Assembly (NCBI GenBank): GCA_007376125.1
Contig: VMFQ01000016.1
Location: 1 to 48,272, forward strand
DNA length: 48,272 nt
Source: Parcubacteria group bacterium Gr01-1014_33
Lineage (GTDB): Bacteria > Patescibacteriota > Minisyncoccia > Sungbacterales > HO2-52-23
Reading direction: 5' to 3'
In this document: piece by piece, positions 1-9,153 of the stretch
How positions within the stretch are numbered: position 1 is the stretch's first letter
Layout: every line of letters starts with the position of its first letter
Program-made: the position numbers and the translations under genes
Notes under the pieces: model-generated
Told to the model about the DNA's origin: nothing
Databases searched by the model: none
The model's input: only the letters and a program-made list of their open reading frames with translations

Positions 1-111
1 TGCTGGGTGGCGAGTGGTAGCGAGCGGCGGCGGACTGGCTTCCTTAGTCGGTTTTCCGTTCGTAGTAGGTTCGCGCAAAGTGTATAATTACAGCACCAGA
101 TATAAACAAAA

Positions 112-129
112 GGCGTTCAACGGAACGCC
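112..129 (-). terminator. Putative intrinsic terminator
   Basis: GGCGTTC-AACG-GAACGCC hairpin; the A-rich run on its left reads as a U-tail on the minus strand; lies downstream of the 157-471 gene. Confidence 0.5.
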
Positions 130-156
130 CGGGAAAAATTTTCTATCAAGCGAATA

Positions 157-471
157 CTAAAGAATGATCTCACAACACTCCTTATCAAACAGGAGTTGAT
201 CAACAAATTTACCATTTTTCATCCACCATTGATATGCATCTGAACTTTTCTCTGATCGTTTTTCTAACAGTTTACCAAATGCGAGTTGCGCATCTACAAT
301 GTAGCCGTCCATATCGGAACGCTTCTTAGACAGTACTCTATGAAATTGGGGCTTATCTGCATGAGCATCCTCGGTCACAGGAATAATTGTAATCTCGCAT
401 CCTATCCACGCATCACGAACCCAGTCAGGCGCCTCGCCTTTCGGACGAGATGTTATACATATCTTTGCCAT
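157..471 (-). CDS. Hypothetical protein
   Basis: ORF; start moved to ATG at 471 (MAKICITSRP), preceded by SD AGGAGGGGAG. Confidence 0.65.
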   Translation of the reverse strand: MAKICITSRPKGEAPDWVRDAWIGCEITIIPVTEDAHADKPQFHRVLSKKRSDMDGYIVDAQLAFGKLLEKRSEKSSDAYQWWMKNGKFVDQLLFDKECCEIIL

Positions 472-545
472 GGCTCCCCTCCTTGATAGTGTAAATGAAC
501 TAAAAATTTTTATCTTAAGGGTACCACATTTCTCAAAAAAAATAA

Positions 546-1271
546 ATGCCATCTACTAAACTTCTCTACCTTGAAAATTTTTCGCTCCTTGAGTGTGAAT
601 CAAAAGTTTTGGAAATCCTCCCGGAGAACGAAAAGGTAACTTTAACTTTGGATCAGACCATATTTTATCCTCAAGGCGGAGGACAGCCGTATGATACCGG
701 AATTATTGAGTCGGCAAACGGAAAATTCATAGTTGAAGAAGTGCGCTCCACAGATGGATTAGTGCGACACATCGGAAAACTTGAAAACGGAAATTTCACA
801 AAAGGCGAGGAGGTAAAATGTTTGGTGGACGGCGCGCGACGAATGCTCCATAGCAGAATCCATTCGGCGGGGCATCTCGTAGATTGGGCTATTGAAAAAT
901 TAGGAATCCCATGGACTCCTGATCCTCGCGGATACCATTATCCGAATGGACCATATGTTACGTACAACGGCAGTCTGGATGGACTTGACAAAGAGAAGCT
1001 AAAAGCTGATATTGAGCAGTTGTGCACTGAAGCAATCGCAAAAGGCCGAGAAGTGAATATCCTATTCATGACTAAAGATGAAATGCAATCTATCTGCCGC
1101 TCTATTCCTAATAACCTGCCGGAACCCGCTCGGGTAATCATGTTTGGCAGTGACTTCGGGGTCCCTTGCGGCGGTACGCACGTGGCGAATTTGTCGGAGA
1201 TTAAAAGTGTGACAATTCGTAAAATTAAGCCGGAGGGAGAAAATATCAGAGTTGGGTATGACGTCTTATGA
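546..1271 (+). CDS. alaX: AlaX-type free-standing tRNA editing deacylase
   Basis: DQTIFYPQGGGQPYD, zinc ligands HSAGH and CGGTH typical of the AlaRS editing domain. Confidence 0.9.
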   Translation: MPSTKLLYLENFSLLECESKVLEILPENEKVTLTLDQTIFYPQGGGQPYDTGIIESANGKFIVEEVRSTDGLVRHIGKLENGNFTKGEEVKCLVDGARRMLHSRIHSAGHLVDWAIEKLGIPWTPDPRGYHYPNGPYVTYNGSLDGLDKEKLKADIEQLCTEAIAKGREVNILFMTKDEMQSICRSIPNNLPEPARVIMFGSDFGVPCGGTHVANLSEIKSVTIRKIKPEGENIRVGYDVL

Positions 1272-1387
1272 GGCCGGGTCTCGTAAACTTCGCCCAGTGT
1301 AATTCTTGACTTTTCTTTTCAAAAAGGTAAGATGTCTGCAGCACAACGGTATTGAAATCTCGCTAAATCCATGCAAGGAGGCAAATC

Positions 1388-1669
1388 ATGGTACATTGGT
1401 TTCTCGCGCGTGATGGAGACAATGTTGTTAAGTTGTTCCAACCAACGACAGGTATTCCTGACAATATTAAAGTCTGCCAGAACATCCTCAATGATGAGTG
1501 GGAGGTATTGAAAATCTTCAATGAAGAAACCTCTGCATTCCTTAGCTCTTTGTTTAATTTTGACCAAATCGCGTCCTACGGCCGAATCTTCGACTACTTG
1601 AATGAAATAATTGATGGTGTAGCAGAAGTTGCTCGAATACCTCTGTCACCAGAAGAGTCAACTTCTTAA
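1388..1669 (+). CDS. Hypothetical protein
   Basis: 93-aa ORF with SD AAGGAGG, upstream TTGACT-N16-TAAGAT (1306-1333) and downstream terminator. Confidence 0.65.
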   Translation: MVHWFLARDGDNVVKLFQPTTGIPDNIKVCQNILNDEWEVLKIFNEETSAFLSSLFNFDQIASYGRIFDYLNEIIDGVAEVARIPLSPEESTS

Positions 1670-1697
1670 TAAACCTGAAATCGTGTAGCCCAAAGCC

Positions 1698-1723
1698 AAG
1701 TCCTGAAATATACAGGACTTTTT
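1698..1723 (+). terminator. Intrinsic terminator
   Basis: AAGTCCTG-7nt-CAGGACTT followed by T-run. Confidence 0.7.
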
Positions 1724-1761
1724 GTTTGCTCATCAATGAAAAATCTGCTACATTCCATTCA

Positions 1762-2517
1762 ATGATCGTAAATCCCATAAAAACCCGAGTGCTTGTGCCG
1801 CCGCAGGATGATTTGCTTGCGGTTATTCGAGATGCGCTTCCTCGGCTTGAAGAAAACTCAATTCTTGCCATTACTTCAAAAGTAGTGAGTATTTGGCAAG
1901 GACGGTGCATTCCCAAAGAAAAGTTTCCGGATAAAGATGAACTTGTTAAAAAAGAGGCGGATAAATACTTATCCCGCGATGTGGTTCCGCAAAAATGGAT
2001 TATGCATACGATCAAAAATAATCTTTTTATCCCGACTGCGGGAATTGATGAATCAAATGCAAATGGATACTATGTGCTCTGGCCGAAAAATCCTCAAGAT
2101 ACCGCACGCGCACTTTACGATTGGGCACGTGAGACGTACAAAATAAAAAACATTGGTATTATTATTACCGATTCGCATACTATTCCCTTGCGGCGCGGAA
2201 CGCTTGGCATTTCGCTTGCTCACTTTGGATTTATTCCGGTGAAGGATTACCGAAAGGAAACGGATCTTTTCGGTCGGCCATTTGCCATGACACTTTTAGA
2301 CATTGCAGACGGCCTTGCGGCCGCGGCAGTGGTTGCAATGGGAGAAGGAAAAGAATCAACTCCGCTTGCACTCATACGCGATATTCCCTTTGTTGAATTT
2401 GTTGAAACGCCGCCTCCGGAAACATCCGATACCTCGCTTGAAATTCCAGAAAAAGAAGACCTCTATTATCCGTTTCTCTCAAGTGTTCCGTGGGAAAAAG
2501 GCGAAGGAGGAGTGTAG
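1762..2517 (+). CDS. CofE-family gamma-glutamyl ligase (putative alternative folylpolyglutamate synthase)
   Basis: AITSKVVS, AGIDESN, IIITDS, DLFGR, MGEG.E.TPLA motifs of the F420-0:glutamyl ligase family; next to folate genes; start set to ATG 1762. Confidence 0.8.
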   Translation: MIVNPIKTRVLVPPQDDLLAVIRDALPRLEENSILAITSKVVSIWQGRCIPKEKFPDKDELVKKEADKYLSRDVVPQKWIMHTIKNNLFIPTAGIDESNANGYYVLWPKNPQDTARALYDWARETYKIKNIGIIITDSHTIPLRRGTLGISLAHFGFIPVKDYRKETDLFGRPFAMTLLDIADGLAAAAVVAMGEGKESTPLALIRDIPFVEFVETPPPETSDTSLEIPEKEDLYYPFLSSVPWEKGEGGV

Positions 2518-3086
2518 CCGCTTCTTTTTAGCCGTTTGAGGACATAGTAGATCGCACATGTTGTTCCCATTCCCACCACTGCCCCGCCCGCAATATCGCT
2601 TGGCCAGTGGACGCCGATTGCGACTCGCGCCATGCCCACGAGAAGCGCGCCAATAAAAAATGGAATGCTCCATTTTGGACGATATAAAAATACCGCTGTC
2701 GCAAGCGCAAATACGACCGAGGCATGCCCGGATGGAAACGAGGACGTGTTTTTTTCGGCAATAAGATTTGCGTATTCTATTAAATTCCACATACCGTTGG
2801 TAATTGCAAAAGGTCTTGGCCGGTAGTACAAAAAGCGGATGAGTTCCGTAACACCCACGCGCGCAGTAAGCGCGGACAATGCCGTAAAGAGAGAAAGCGT
2901 AAGCGCGCCTCGTGAGGATTTCTGCCGTTCCAAAATACGGAAAAAAAACGGCAGAATAATGGCGCATGCGATCATCACAAACCAAAAGTATGTCGCAAAA
3001 AATATGATTACGCCGTCTAAAATCGGCGATACTCCCGCCCAAGAATTGAGAAAATAAAGTATAAAAAAATCTATCCCGCTTATCAT
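2466..3086 (-). CDS. PAP2-family membrane phosphatase (undecaprenyl-diphosphatase-like)
   Basis: RPRP, SFPSGH, ARV..GVHWPSD motifs; several TM segments; 3' end overlaps the convergent gene. Confidence 0.9.
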   Translation of the reverse strand: MISGIDFFILYFLNSWAGVSPILDGVIIFFATYFWFVMIACAIILPFFFRILERQKSSRGALTLSLFTALSALTARVGVTELIRFLYYRPRPFAITNGMWNLIEYANLIAEKNTSSFPSGHASVVFALATAVFLYRPKWSIPFFIGALLVGMARVAIGVHWPSDIAGGAVVGMGTTCAIYYVLKRLKRSGYTPPSPFSHGTLERNG

Positions 3087-3934
3087 ATTTTCGCAAGAGT
3101 TAGGAGATTTTTAAAAAGCATTGCAACGGTCAAAGGACCCACACCTCCGGGAACCGGAGTGATATGCGATGCCTTTTGAGAGACCGAATCAAAATCAATA
3201 TCGCCCACCAGTTTCCCTTCGGATTCGGATGTACCGGCATCAATCACGACTGCCCCTTCTTTTACCATGTCGCCAGTAACAGAGTGCGGCTTGCCTATCC
3301 CTGAAATGATAATATCCGCTTGCAGAATCAGTGATTGGGGATTCGGAGAATTTTCCGTAATCACGCTCACCGTCGCGCCTTGCTGTAACATCCAGAGCGC
3401 GATTGGGCGGCCCACCAAATTCCCCGCGCCTAAAATCACGATATTTTTTTCGGTATAAGGAATCGCATATTCTTCAAAAAGCGCCTTTACCGCTCCGGCA
3501 ACCGGAGGCATAATAGGGCTAAAGCCCGAGGCTCGCCCTGTAGGGTGTTTTCCGACTATAAAACTTCCGAGCGCGCGGCCGGACAGCATATCCACATCCT
3601 TTTCCGGAACCACCGAGTTTAAAATATATTGCTTATTTATCTGCGGAGGCAGGGGAAGTTGAATAATCACTCCGGTATTTTTTTTCTCGTGCACGATTTC
3701 GGCAATACGCTTGCGAAGTTCGTTTGTGGTAATCGCCTCTTTAAAGGGATACACTCGGACGTCAATCCCGATTGATTCTCCGGTTTTCTTTTTTTGCTCT
3801 ATAAATTTTCTCACCACCGGATCCTCGCCCACCACGACAACCGCGAGCCGGAGTTTTCTCGGAAACTTCTTTATTTCTTCGGCAAGTCCCGAAAGAATTT
3901 TTTGCGAAAGCGCTTTTCCATCAAGTATTATCAT
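3083..3934 (-). CDS. folD: Methylenetetrahydrofolate dehydrogenase/cyclohydrolase
   Basis: ILDGK, IIQLPLP, KDVD, VIDAG, GDIDF, ITPVPGGVGPLTVAML. Confidence 0.95.
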   Translation of the reverse strand: MIILDGKALSQKILSGLAEEIKKFPRKLRLAVVVVGEDPVVRKFIEQKKKTGESIGIDVRVYPFKEAITTNELRKRIAEIVHEKKNTGVIIQLPLPPQINKQYILNSVVPEKDVDMLSGRALGSFIVGKHPTGRASGFSPIMPPVAGAVKALFEEYAIPYTEKNIVILGAGNLVGRPIALWMLQQGATVSVITENSPNPQSLILQADIIISGIGKPHSVTGDMVKEGAVVIDAGTSESEGKLVGDIDFDSVSQKASHITPVPGGVGPLTVAMLFKNLLTLAKI

Positions 3935-4020
3935 GCTCTAATGCTACATTAAAAAAACAAAAGAAGGAAGTTCATTTCCTTCTCGTTGGTTGATACTCTT
4001 TTTTGAGGAACAAATCTGCG

Positions 4021-4233
4021 CTACCACAATACGCCAATCTTAGACAGCTTGTAGAGTGTAATCACCGCTGTTCCTAAACCGATAACGCCGAGGAAAATCC
4101 CCCAGATCATACACAACCTGCGATCACGAGGCGATTGAGGTAAATTTGAAGTGCCGGAGCGAAGCCGCCTATAGAGAAATATAATTACGACGATTACGAA
4201 AAAAGAGAAAAAGATTAATGCTATCGTCCGCAT
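4021..4233 (-). CDS. Small two-TM membrane protein
   Basis: ATG at 4233 (MRTIALIFF) with SD AGGAGG; two hydrophobic segments. Confidence 0.55.
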   Translation of the reverse strand: MRTIALIFFSFFVIVVIIFLYRRLRSGTSNLPQSPRDRRLCMIWGIFLGVIGLGTAVITLYKLSKIGVLW

Positions 4234-4279
4234 TGTTATTCCTCCTACCAAGTGGATTTCAAGGATGATAGGAACCACA

Positions 4280-4558
4280 TCATATTTTTTTTTTGGGATC
4301 CTGCGGAGAATTGGATTTGGAACCGGGAAAATACGTTTCAAATAGAGCAGAAAGAAAAATAGCAAGAATAACGAGAAAGAATCCGGTAAAAATGCCTGAA
4401 GTTGCAAGAACAGCTATGGTCATATTGCCAAAGTCCGCCTTACCGCGAAGAATCGCAATCATATTACCAAGAGGACTCCCATCCGCCCAGTACAGAAAAT
4501 AGATCCATCCCACCAACATTATCGCTACGGATCCAGTAAACTCTAATGTCTTCTGCAT
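4280..4558 (-). CDS. Small two-TM membrane protein
   Basis: 92-aa ORF, SD GGGAGG, two hydrophobic segments. Confidence 0.6.
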   Translation of the reverse strand: MQKTLEFTGSVAIMLVGWIYFLYWADGSPLGNMIAILRGKADFGNMTIAVLATSGIFTGFFLVILAIFLSALFETYFPGSKSNSPQDPKKKI

Positions 4559-4573
4559 TTCTGGTTCCTCCCT

Positions 4574-4761
4574 TCAAGTCGCAAACCTTTTGCAAAGATC
4601 TTTTATCTTATTCAGTGTCGCCCGTGCCGCATCTTTTGTCAACGCCTCGTGAATCAATTCCGCAATCACTTTCATTTCTTTTTCTTTCATCCCCACACCT
4701 AAAGTATAGGCGTGGGGATAATGCCGCGGGTGGTTACCGAGGAAGTGCCAAGACGGATGCC
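4574..4761 (-). pseudogene. glyA: Stranded duplicate of the glyA 3' end, interrupted by a palindrome
   Basis: 4635-4690 identical to 6287-6342; 4721-4761 matches 6341-6381 with 5 mismatches; hairpin insertion at 4689-4719. Confidence 0.9.
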
Positions 4762-4769
4762 TAAAAAAA

Positions 4770-5213
4770 TCATCCGACCAAAGTGTTAATACTTTTTCGT
4801 TCACTCCATTCCTCAAGAAAAGCAATTTTCCGTTTTACTTCGTCAAATAAAATTCCTGACCGAGAAAATACTCCTTCGCGGCCAAGGATCGGCGGAACGT
4901 GAGCATCTACAAATATCATTGGGATGTGCAATCTGAATCCATTAAACTCTGCTTTCACGTTGTGTCGGTAACCAAAAAATTCTTCGGCAAAAATTCCACG
5001 CACAATCAATCTTTTTCCACCGGCAACGTGTATTCCAAGTTCAGCCGCATCACTCGCAGGGAGAACACTTGTGGTCGCTCCAGAATCTACATGAAAGAGA
5101 GCGCGTATGCCACGCCCCCCATTTCCTAATATAAAAAGTTCAGCCGCAGGAAAAACCTCTATACGGCTATCTTCTCGAAATTGAATCCCATAGGGAAAAA
5201 CAAAACGGCTCAT
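4770..5213 (-). CDS. Retropepsin-like aspartyl protease
   Basis: FHVDSGATTSVLP catalytic motif and ILGR; ATG 5213 overlaps the upstream stop (ATGA). Confidence 0.75.
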   Translation of the reverse strand: MSRFVFPYGIQFREDSRIEVFPAAELFILGNGGRGIRALFHVDSGATTSVLPASDAAELGIHVAGGKRLIVRGIFAEEFFGYRHNVKAEFNGFRLHIPMIFVDAHVPPILGREGVFSRSGILFDEVKRKIAFLEEWSERKSINTLVG

Positions 5214-5413
5214 ACGCGATATACTACGGTCAGCCCCCTTGGCACGCTTACTACGAGTATATCGCGCCATGTCGTCTTTGGGAACTTGCGACGCGCCTTC
5301 ATTAAAACCTCGCTTGTCGTCATCCCCGACGCAATAATTTTTTCTCTCACAATCGCCACTTGCTTCCCTCCGTATTTTTTGACATCAATAATGGGAGTAA
5401 CAGTTTTTTTCAT
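5210..5413 (-). CDS. DUF5678-like small protein
   Basis: KKYGGKQVAIV..KIIASG pattern; coupled to the aspartyl protease gene. Confidence 0.7.
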   Translation of the reverse strand: MKKTVTPIIDVKKYGGKQVAIVREKIIASGMTTSEVLMKARRKFPKTTWRDILVVSVPRGLTVVYRV

Positions 5414-5480
5414 AACTCTATTCTACCATGACGTTTATCAAAAATCAAAAAGGAAGCGCGATGGCTTCCTATTGCTATTG

Positions 5481-6212
5481 CTAAAAAGTGGCGACATAAG
5501 GGTTCTTCCTTGTAAATTTTGTAAGATAGTACTTTGGTGCGTTGATAACTCCTTCCTGGATATTTTCCATGTTAAAAAGATTTTGATCCAACCGAAAGAG
5601 AGAATCATAATTTATGAATGCGCCCTTATAGGCGAGTACCCTCGCAATCTCCTTTTCAACCTCACTGCAATACGCATCGTTATCAATGATAAATCCATCT
5701 AAACCAGCTGCAAATATGCACACTGAACTATCAGGAAGCAATCGTAAAAATCCAAGTGCATCTTGCTTGACCAAAGTAGCAGGAATAAGTTCTTTTTTAT
5801 AATATCTTTTTATTATGTATCCCCACGAACGTCCGGGTTCCGCATATTCAAACTCCGCCTTTAAGTCATCGAGATGGTATGGTTCTACACCGATATATCC
5901 TCGTGCGTTAGCAAACATTGCGATACGATAGCCATTCTCGGTTGCCCCCGCACCCAGATCTACAATAATTTGACCATTAAATTCCCTTAGAAAATCCAGA
6001 AGCCGATCTTTCGTAGCGGCTCTCGCGCTCGCTCTCACAAGCTCATCTGATCGCGGAGTTGCCAAATCTGGTGTTGGAGAACGATTCCTAAACCATGTTG
6101 ATTGAGTTTCAACACTGGAATTGATAGATGGGATAAGGTATTCCGCTTGGACAATAGGGATAGCTATACTCTCTCGCTCTTGCTCTGGATCCAATTCGGG
6201 TTGTTCTCTCAT
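5481..6212 (-). CDS. Hypothetical protein with SAM-methyltransferase-like motif I
   Basis: IVDLGAG followed by YIGVE. Confidence 0.55.
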   Translation of the reverse strand: MREQPELDPEQERESIAIPIVQAEYLIPSINSSVETQSTWFRNRSPTPDLATPRSDELVRASARAATKDRLLDFLREFNGQIIVDLGAGATENGYRIAMFANARGYIGVEPYHLDDLKAEFEYAEPGRSWGYIIKRYYKKELIPATLVKQDALGFLRLLPDSSVCIFAAGLDGFIIDNDAYCSEVEKEIARVLAYKGAFINYDSLFRLDQNLFNMENIQEGVINAPKYYLTKFTRKNPYVATF

Positions 6213-6225
6213 CAATTTTACCCCT

Positions 6226-7485
6226 TCATATCCTGAATTTTTGACAAAGATCTTTCACACCTCTTTTAATACCAGATACAGTATCCTTTGTCAACGCCTC
6301 GTGAATCAATTCCGCAATCACTTTCATTTCTTTTTCTTTCATGCCGCGGGTGGTGACTGATGGAGTGCCAAGGCGGATGCCGGACGGATCAAACGGGGAA
6401 CGGGTGTCGTAGGGAATTGTGTTTCTGTTTACCACAATTCCTACGGCCTCTAATTTGTCTTGCGCTTCTCTTCCTGAAATTCCCATGTTGGTTAAATCAA
6501 TCAGCATTAAGTGGTTATCGGTGCCTCCCGATACTAATTGAAATCCGAGTTTTTGCAATGCATGTGCGAGCGCTTTTGCATTCTTCACAATCTGGTGTCC
6601 GTATTTTTTGAATTCCGGACGCATTGCCTCGCCCAATGCCACCGCGATTGCCGCGGTCTGGTTGTCATGCGGTCCACCTTGGAGCCCGGGGAATACCGCA
6701 CGGTCAATTGCGCGGGCAATGCTTACCTCCTTTTCATTTACTTTTATCATCTTATCATTTCGTGCAAATATTAATGCACCCCGCGGACCGCGAAGAGTTT
6801 TATGGGTGGTAGTTGTCACCACATCTGCATACGGGAAAGGAGAAGAGTGGGCACCTGCCGCAATGAGCCCTGCGATATGCGCCATATCAACCATAAAAAA
6901 TGCTTTTACCTCTTTTGCAATTTTGCCGAATTTTTTAAAATCTAGAGTGCGTGGATATGCAGTAGTTCCCGCAAGAATTAGTTTTGGTTTTTCTCGTCGT
7001 GCGAGCGTATGCACTTCGTTATAATCTATCAATCCTTTTTTATCTACTCCGTAATGTATTGGCTTAAATAGCCGACCGGAGAAATTTACTGGATCACCAT
7101 GACTAAGATGTCCTCCACATGAAAGATTAAGTCCCATAAATTTATCCCCGAGCTGAAGTAAAGCGAAATAAACCGCCATATTAGCAGGGGAACCGGAAAG
7201 CGCCTGCACGTTTACTCCCCATTCTTTACCGAGCCGAAATACTTTCCGCGCCCGTTCTTGCGCCAAAATTTCAATTTTATCCGCAACCGCATTCCCCGCA
7301 TAATACCGCTTTCCCGGATACCCTTCCGAGTATTTATTGATAAAAGACGAACCAACCGCTTCAAGCACCGCATGAGAAACAATATTTTCCGAAGGAATCA
7401 AATCAAGCGTCTCTTGCTGACGCTTTGTTTCTTCGGCAATCAATATTGTCACCTCAACATCGCTTTTCTTCAACTCTCCAGACAT
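6226..7485 (-). CDS. glyA: Serine hydroxymethyltransferase
   Basis: LIPSEN, NKYSEGYPGKRYY, VVTTTTHKTLRGPRG, FPGLQGGP, SGIRLGT. Confidence 0.98.
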   Translation of the reverse strand: MSGELKKSDVEVTILIAEETKRQQETLDLIPSENIVSHAVLEAVGSSFINKYSEGYPGKRYYAGNAVADKIEILAQERARKVFRLGKEWGVNVQALSGSPANMAVYFALLQLGDKFMGLNLSCGGHLSHGDPVNFSGRLFKPIHYGVDKKGLIDYNEVHTLARREKPKLILAGTTAYPRTLDFKKFGKIAKEVKAFFMVDMAHIAGLIAAGAHSSPFPYADVVTTTTHKTLRGPRGALIFARNDKMIKVNEKEVSIARAIDRAVFPGLQGGPHDNQTAAIAVALGEAMRPEFKKYGHQIVKNAKALAHALQKLGFQLVSGGTDNHLMLIDLTNMGISGREAQDKLEAVGIVVNRNTIPYDTRSPFDPSGIRLGTPSVTTRGMKEKEMKVIAELIHEALTKDTVSGIKRGVKDLCQKFRI

Positions 7486-7508
7486 GGAATTAAAAACAAA
7501 ATCACGCC

Positions 7509-8201
7509 TTATTTGATAAAACTCAACACATATTTCCTGTTTATCAAAAATTCAAGGTTTACCACCTTTTTTTCGGTAAGCAGATAAAGGAGATTATTGA
7601 GTATAACATACGCGCCCGCTATACCGAATGTAAAAAGAATTCGCTCCATCGCCACCACCGGAATCAGAGACACCCATACGGGCTTGGGAAGATGAAACGC
7701 CCAAATCCATAATGCTCCACCCACCGCATGGGCGGTAAATGTCGCTCCGAGCGAGCGGGCGACAAGCGAACGATCGCGGAAAAAATGACACGCAATAGGG
7801 ATGAGCCAGTATAAAGAATAATACCACACTGAACGGCCAACAGGATGAAGATTAAAAACGGCAATCGCAATGAGCGGGATAAGAACATTTAATTTACCTT
7901 TTCTCCCAAAATAAAGCGCGGCAAAGAGCATGGGAAAAAATCGGATAATCGTTCCTGCATCCACTACTTCCGCTCCGTGAAGCAGAAAATTAAAAAACTG
8001 CATCAGCGCCACGGCAATGATTCCCGGAATCGTTCCAATAAATCCAGCCGCGATTGGCCCAAAAAAATCAAAGAGTGTAAAACTGACACGCGATCCCGCA
8101 AGTCGCGTAAAAGGGACTTGGAGCGCGCCAAGCCCGAGAAGAGCAAAAATGACAATAAAAAGCAGATTTCTTCTATGAAAATAGTTTTTAAAATTTTCCA
8201 T
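7509..8201 (-). CDS. Multi-pass membrane protein, ECF S-component-like
   Basis: 230 aa, about 6-7 hydrophobic segments; sits between the DHFR-like gene and glyA with 9- and 23-nt gaps. Confidence 0.55.
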   Translation of the reverse strand: MENFKNYFHRRNLLFIVIFALLGLGALQVPFTRLAGSRVSFTLFDFFGPIAAGFIGTIPGIIAVALMQFFNFLLHGAEVVDAGTIIRFFPMLFAALYFGRKGKLNVLIPLIAIAVFNLHPVGRSVWYYSLYWLIPIACHFFRDRSLVARSLGATFTAHAVGGALWIWAFHLPKPVWVSLIPVVAMERILFTFGIAGAYVILNNLLYLLTEKKVVNLEFLINRKYVLSFIK

Positions 8202-8210
8202 GATACTGCA

Positions 8211-8714
8211 TTACTTTATTACTTTGTAATGGAGTACGAACGTTTGACTGCTTAATTTTCTAATATTGAGAAGCTGGAGCGAAAAGTCCTTTCTCATATT
8301 TTCGAATATAGCGATGCTGCGGCCAAAAATTTTTGGCTCCACCGTAATCATCATTTCATCCACCAGTCCTTTTTCTAAAAACTGGCTATACACTGACGCG
8401 CCGCCTACAACTGCGACTGAATGAAACCCGCGTTTTTCCAGGTCCTTTAGAACTTCCTTAAGAGGCCTGGCGGTAAATTCTACAAAATTCTTTTTTGTTT
8501 TTGGCATGCGACGGGTAAGCACAATGCGCATCCATCCCGGTCGGAATTGCTTTACCGCATCATACGTTGCCCTTCCCATAATCGCAACCCCGTGTCGCCG
8601 CATCTCCGCGAAAAAAAATTTCCTGTCTTCCGGAGAATTCCAACGCACCTCTTCTTTGCGCGAGTGAGCAATTTTACCGTTGAGGGTCATTACTGCATAA
8701 AAGATTACTTTCAT
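8211..8714 (-). CDS. Dihydrofolate reductase / RibD C-terminal family protein
   Basis: MTLNGKIA, W.S.ED..FF, IMGRATY, VVGGASVY..FL..GLVDE. Confidence 0.85.
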   Translation of the reverse strand: MKVIFYAVMTLNGKIAHSRKEEVRWNSPEDRKFFFAEMRRHGVAIMGRATYDAVKQFRPGWMRIVLTRRMPKTKKNFVEFTARPLKEVLKDLEKRGFHSVAVVGGASVYSQFLEKGLVDEMMITVEPKIFGRSIAIFENMRKDFSLQLLNIRKLSSQTFVLHYKVIK

Positions 8715-8721
8715 GTTATTG

Positions 8722-9153
8722 TAACGCCAATACGCGAATAAATACTACGGTAATTGAGCATTAACAATTCTTTTTGGCTTTAGGTACTTCTGACAGAAAT
8801 TTACCAAGATTCCTAATTTTAATTTCGATGCCTCTAAGTAACGGAGTAACTGATAATACTCTACTTTGCCCATGAATATGATTGCCTTGATCTCAACCAC
8901 AATCTTATTATCTATAATGAAATCCGCTTTATTCTTATCCATGCCCGTAATCGAAAGCAACTTTTCGCGCTCATAGGGGAGTTTCTCCTCTTTTAAGAAT
9001 ACCTCAATGACATCACAATATTGTTTTTCCCGCGCGTGCCTTCCTAATGTATTATGCGCCTTATACAAAATACCAAAAATCGTATATGAAAGCTCTTTGT
9101 GCAGGAGGTCTTTATTATTAGCGTCATTCGCATGCATTCGCGTATTGGCGTTA
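8722..9153. mobile_element. GxxExxY gene cassette bounded by perfect 18-bp inverted repeats
   Basis: TAACGCCAATACGCGAAT at 8722-8739 and its exact reverse complement at 9136-9153; mobility is inferred. Confidence 0.55.
8745..9137 (-). CDS. GxxExxY family PD-(D/E)XK nuclease-like protein
   Basis: ELSY.I.G..Y..HN.LG...REKQY, ADFII...IVVEIKA, QLLRYL, GILVNF; 130 aa. Confidence 0.85.
   Translation of the reverse strand: MHANDANNKDLLHKELSYTIFGILYKAHNTLGRHAREKQYCDVIEVFLKEEKLPYEREKLLSITGMDKNKADFIIDNKIVVEIKAIIFMGKVEYYQLLRYLEASKLKLGILVNFCQKYLKPKRIVNAQLP

Noticed and set aside
1..110. Feature at the window start
   Set aside because: Too little context to tell a gene end from an element boundary.
4574..4825. 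83-aa track ORF as a real gene
   Set aside because: It is a read-through of the protease end, a hairpin insert and the glyA remnant.
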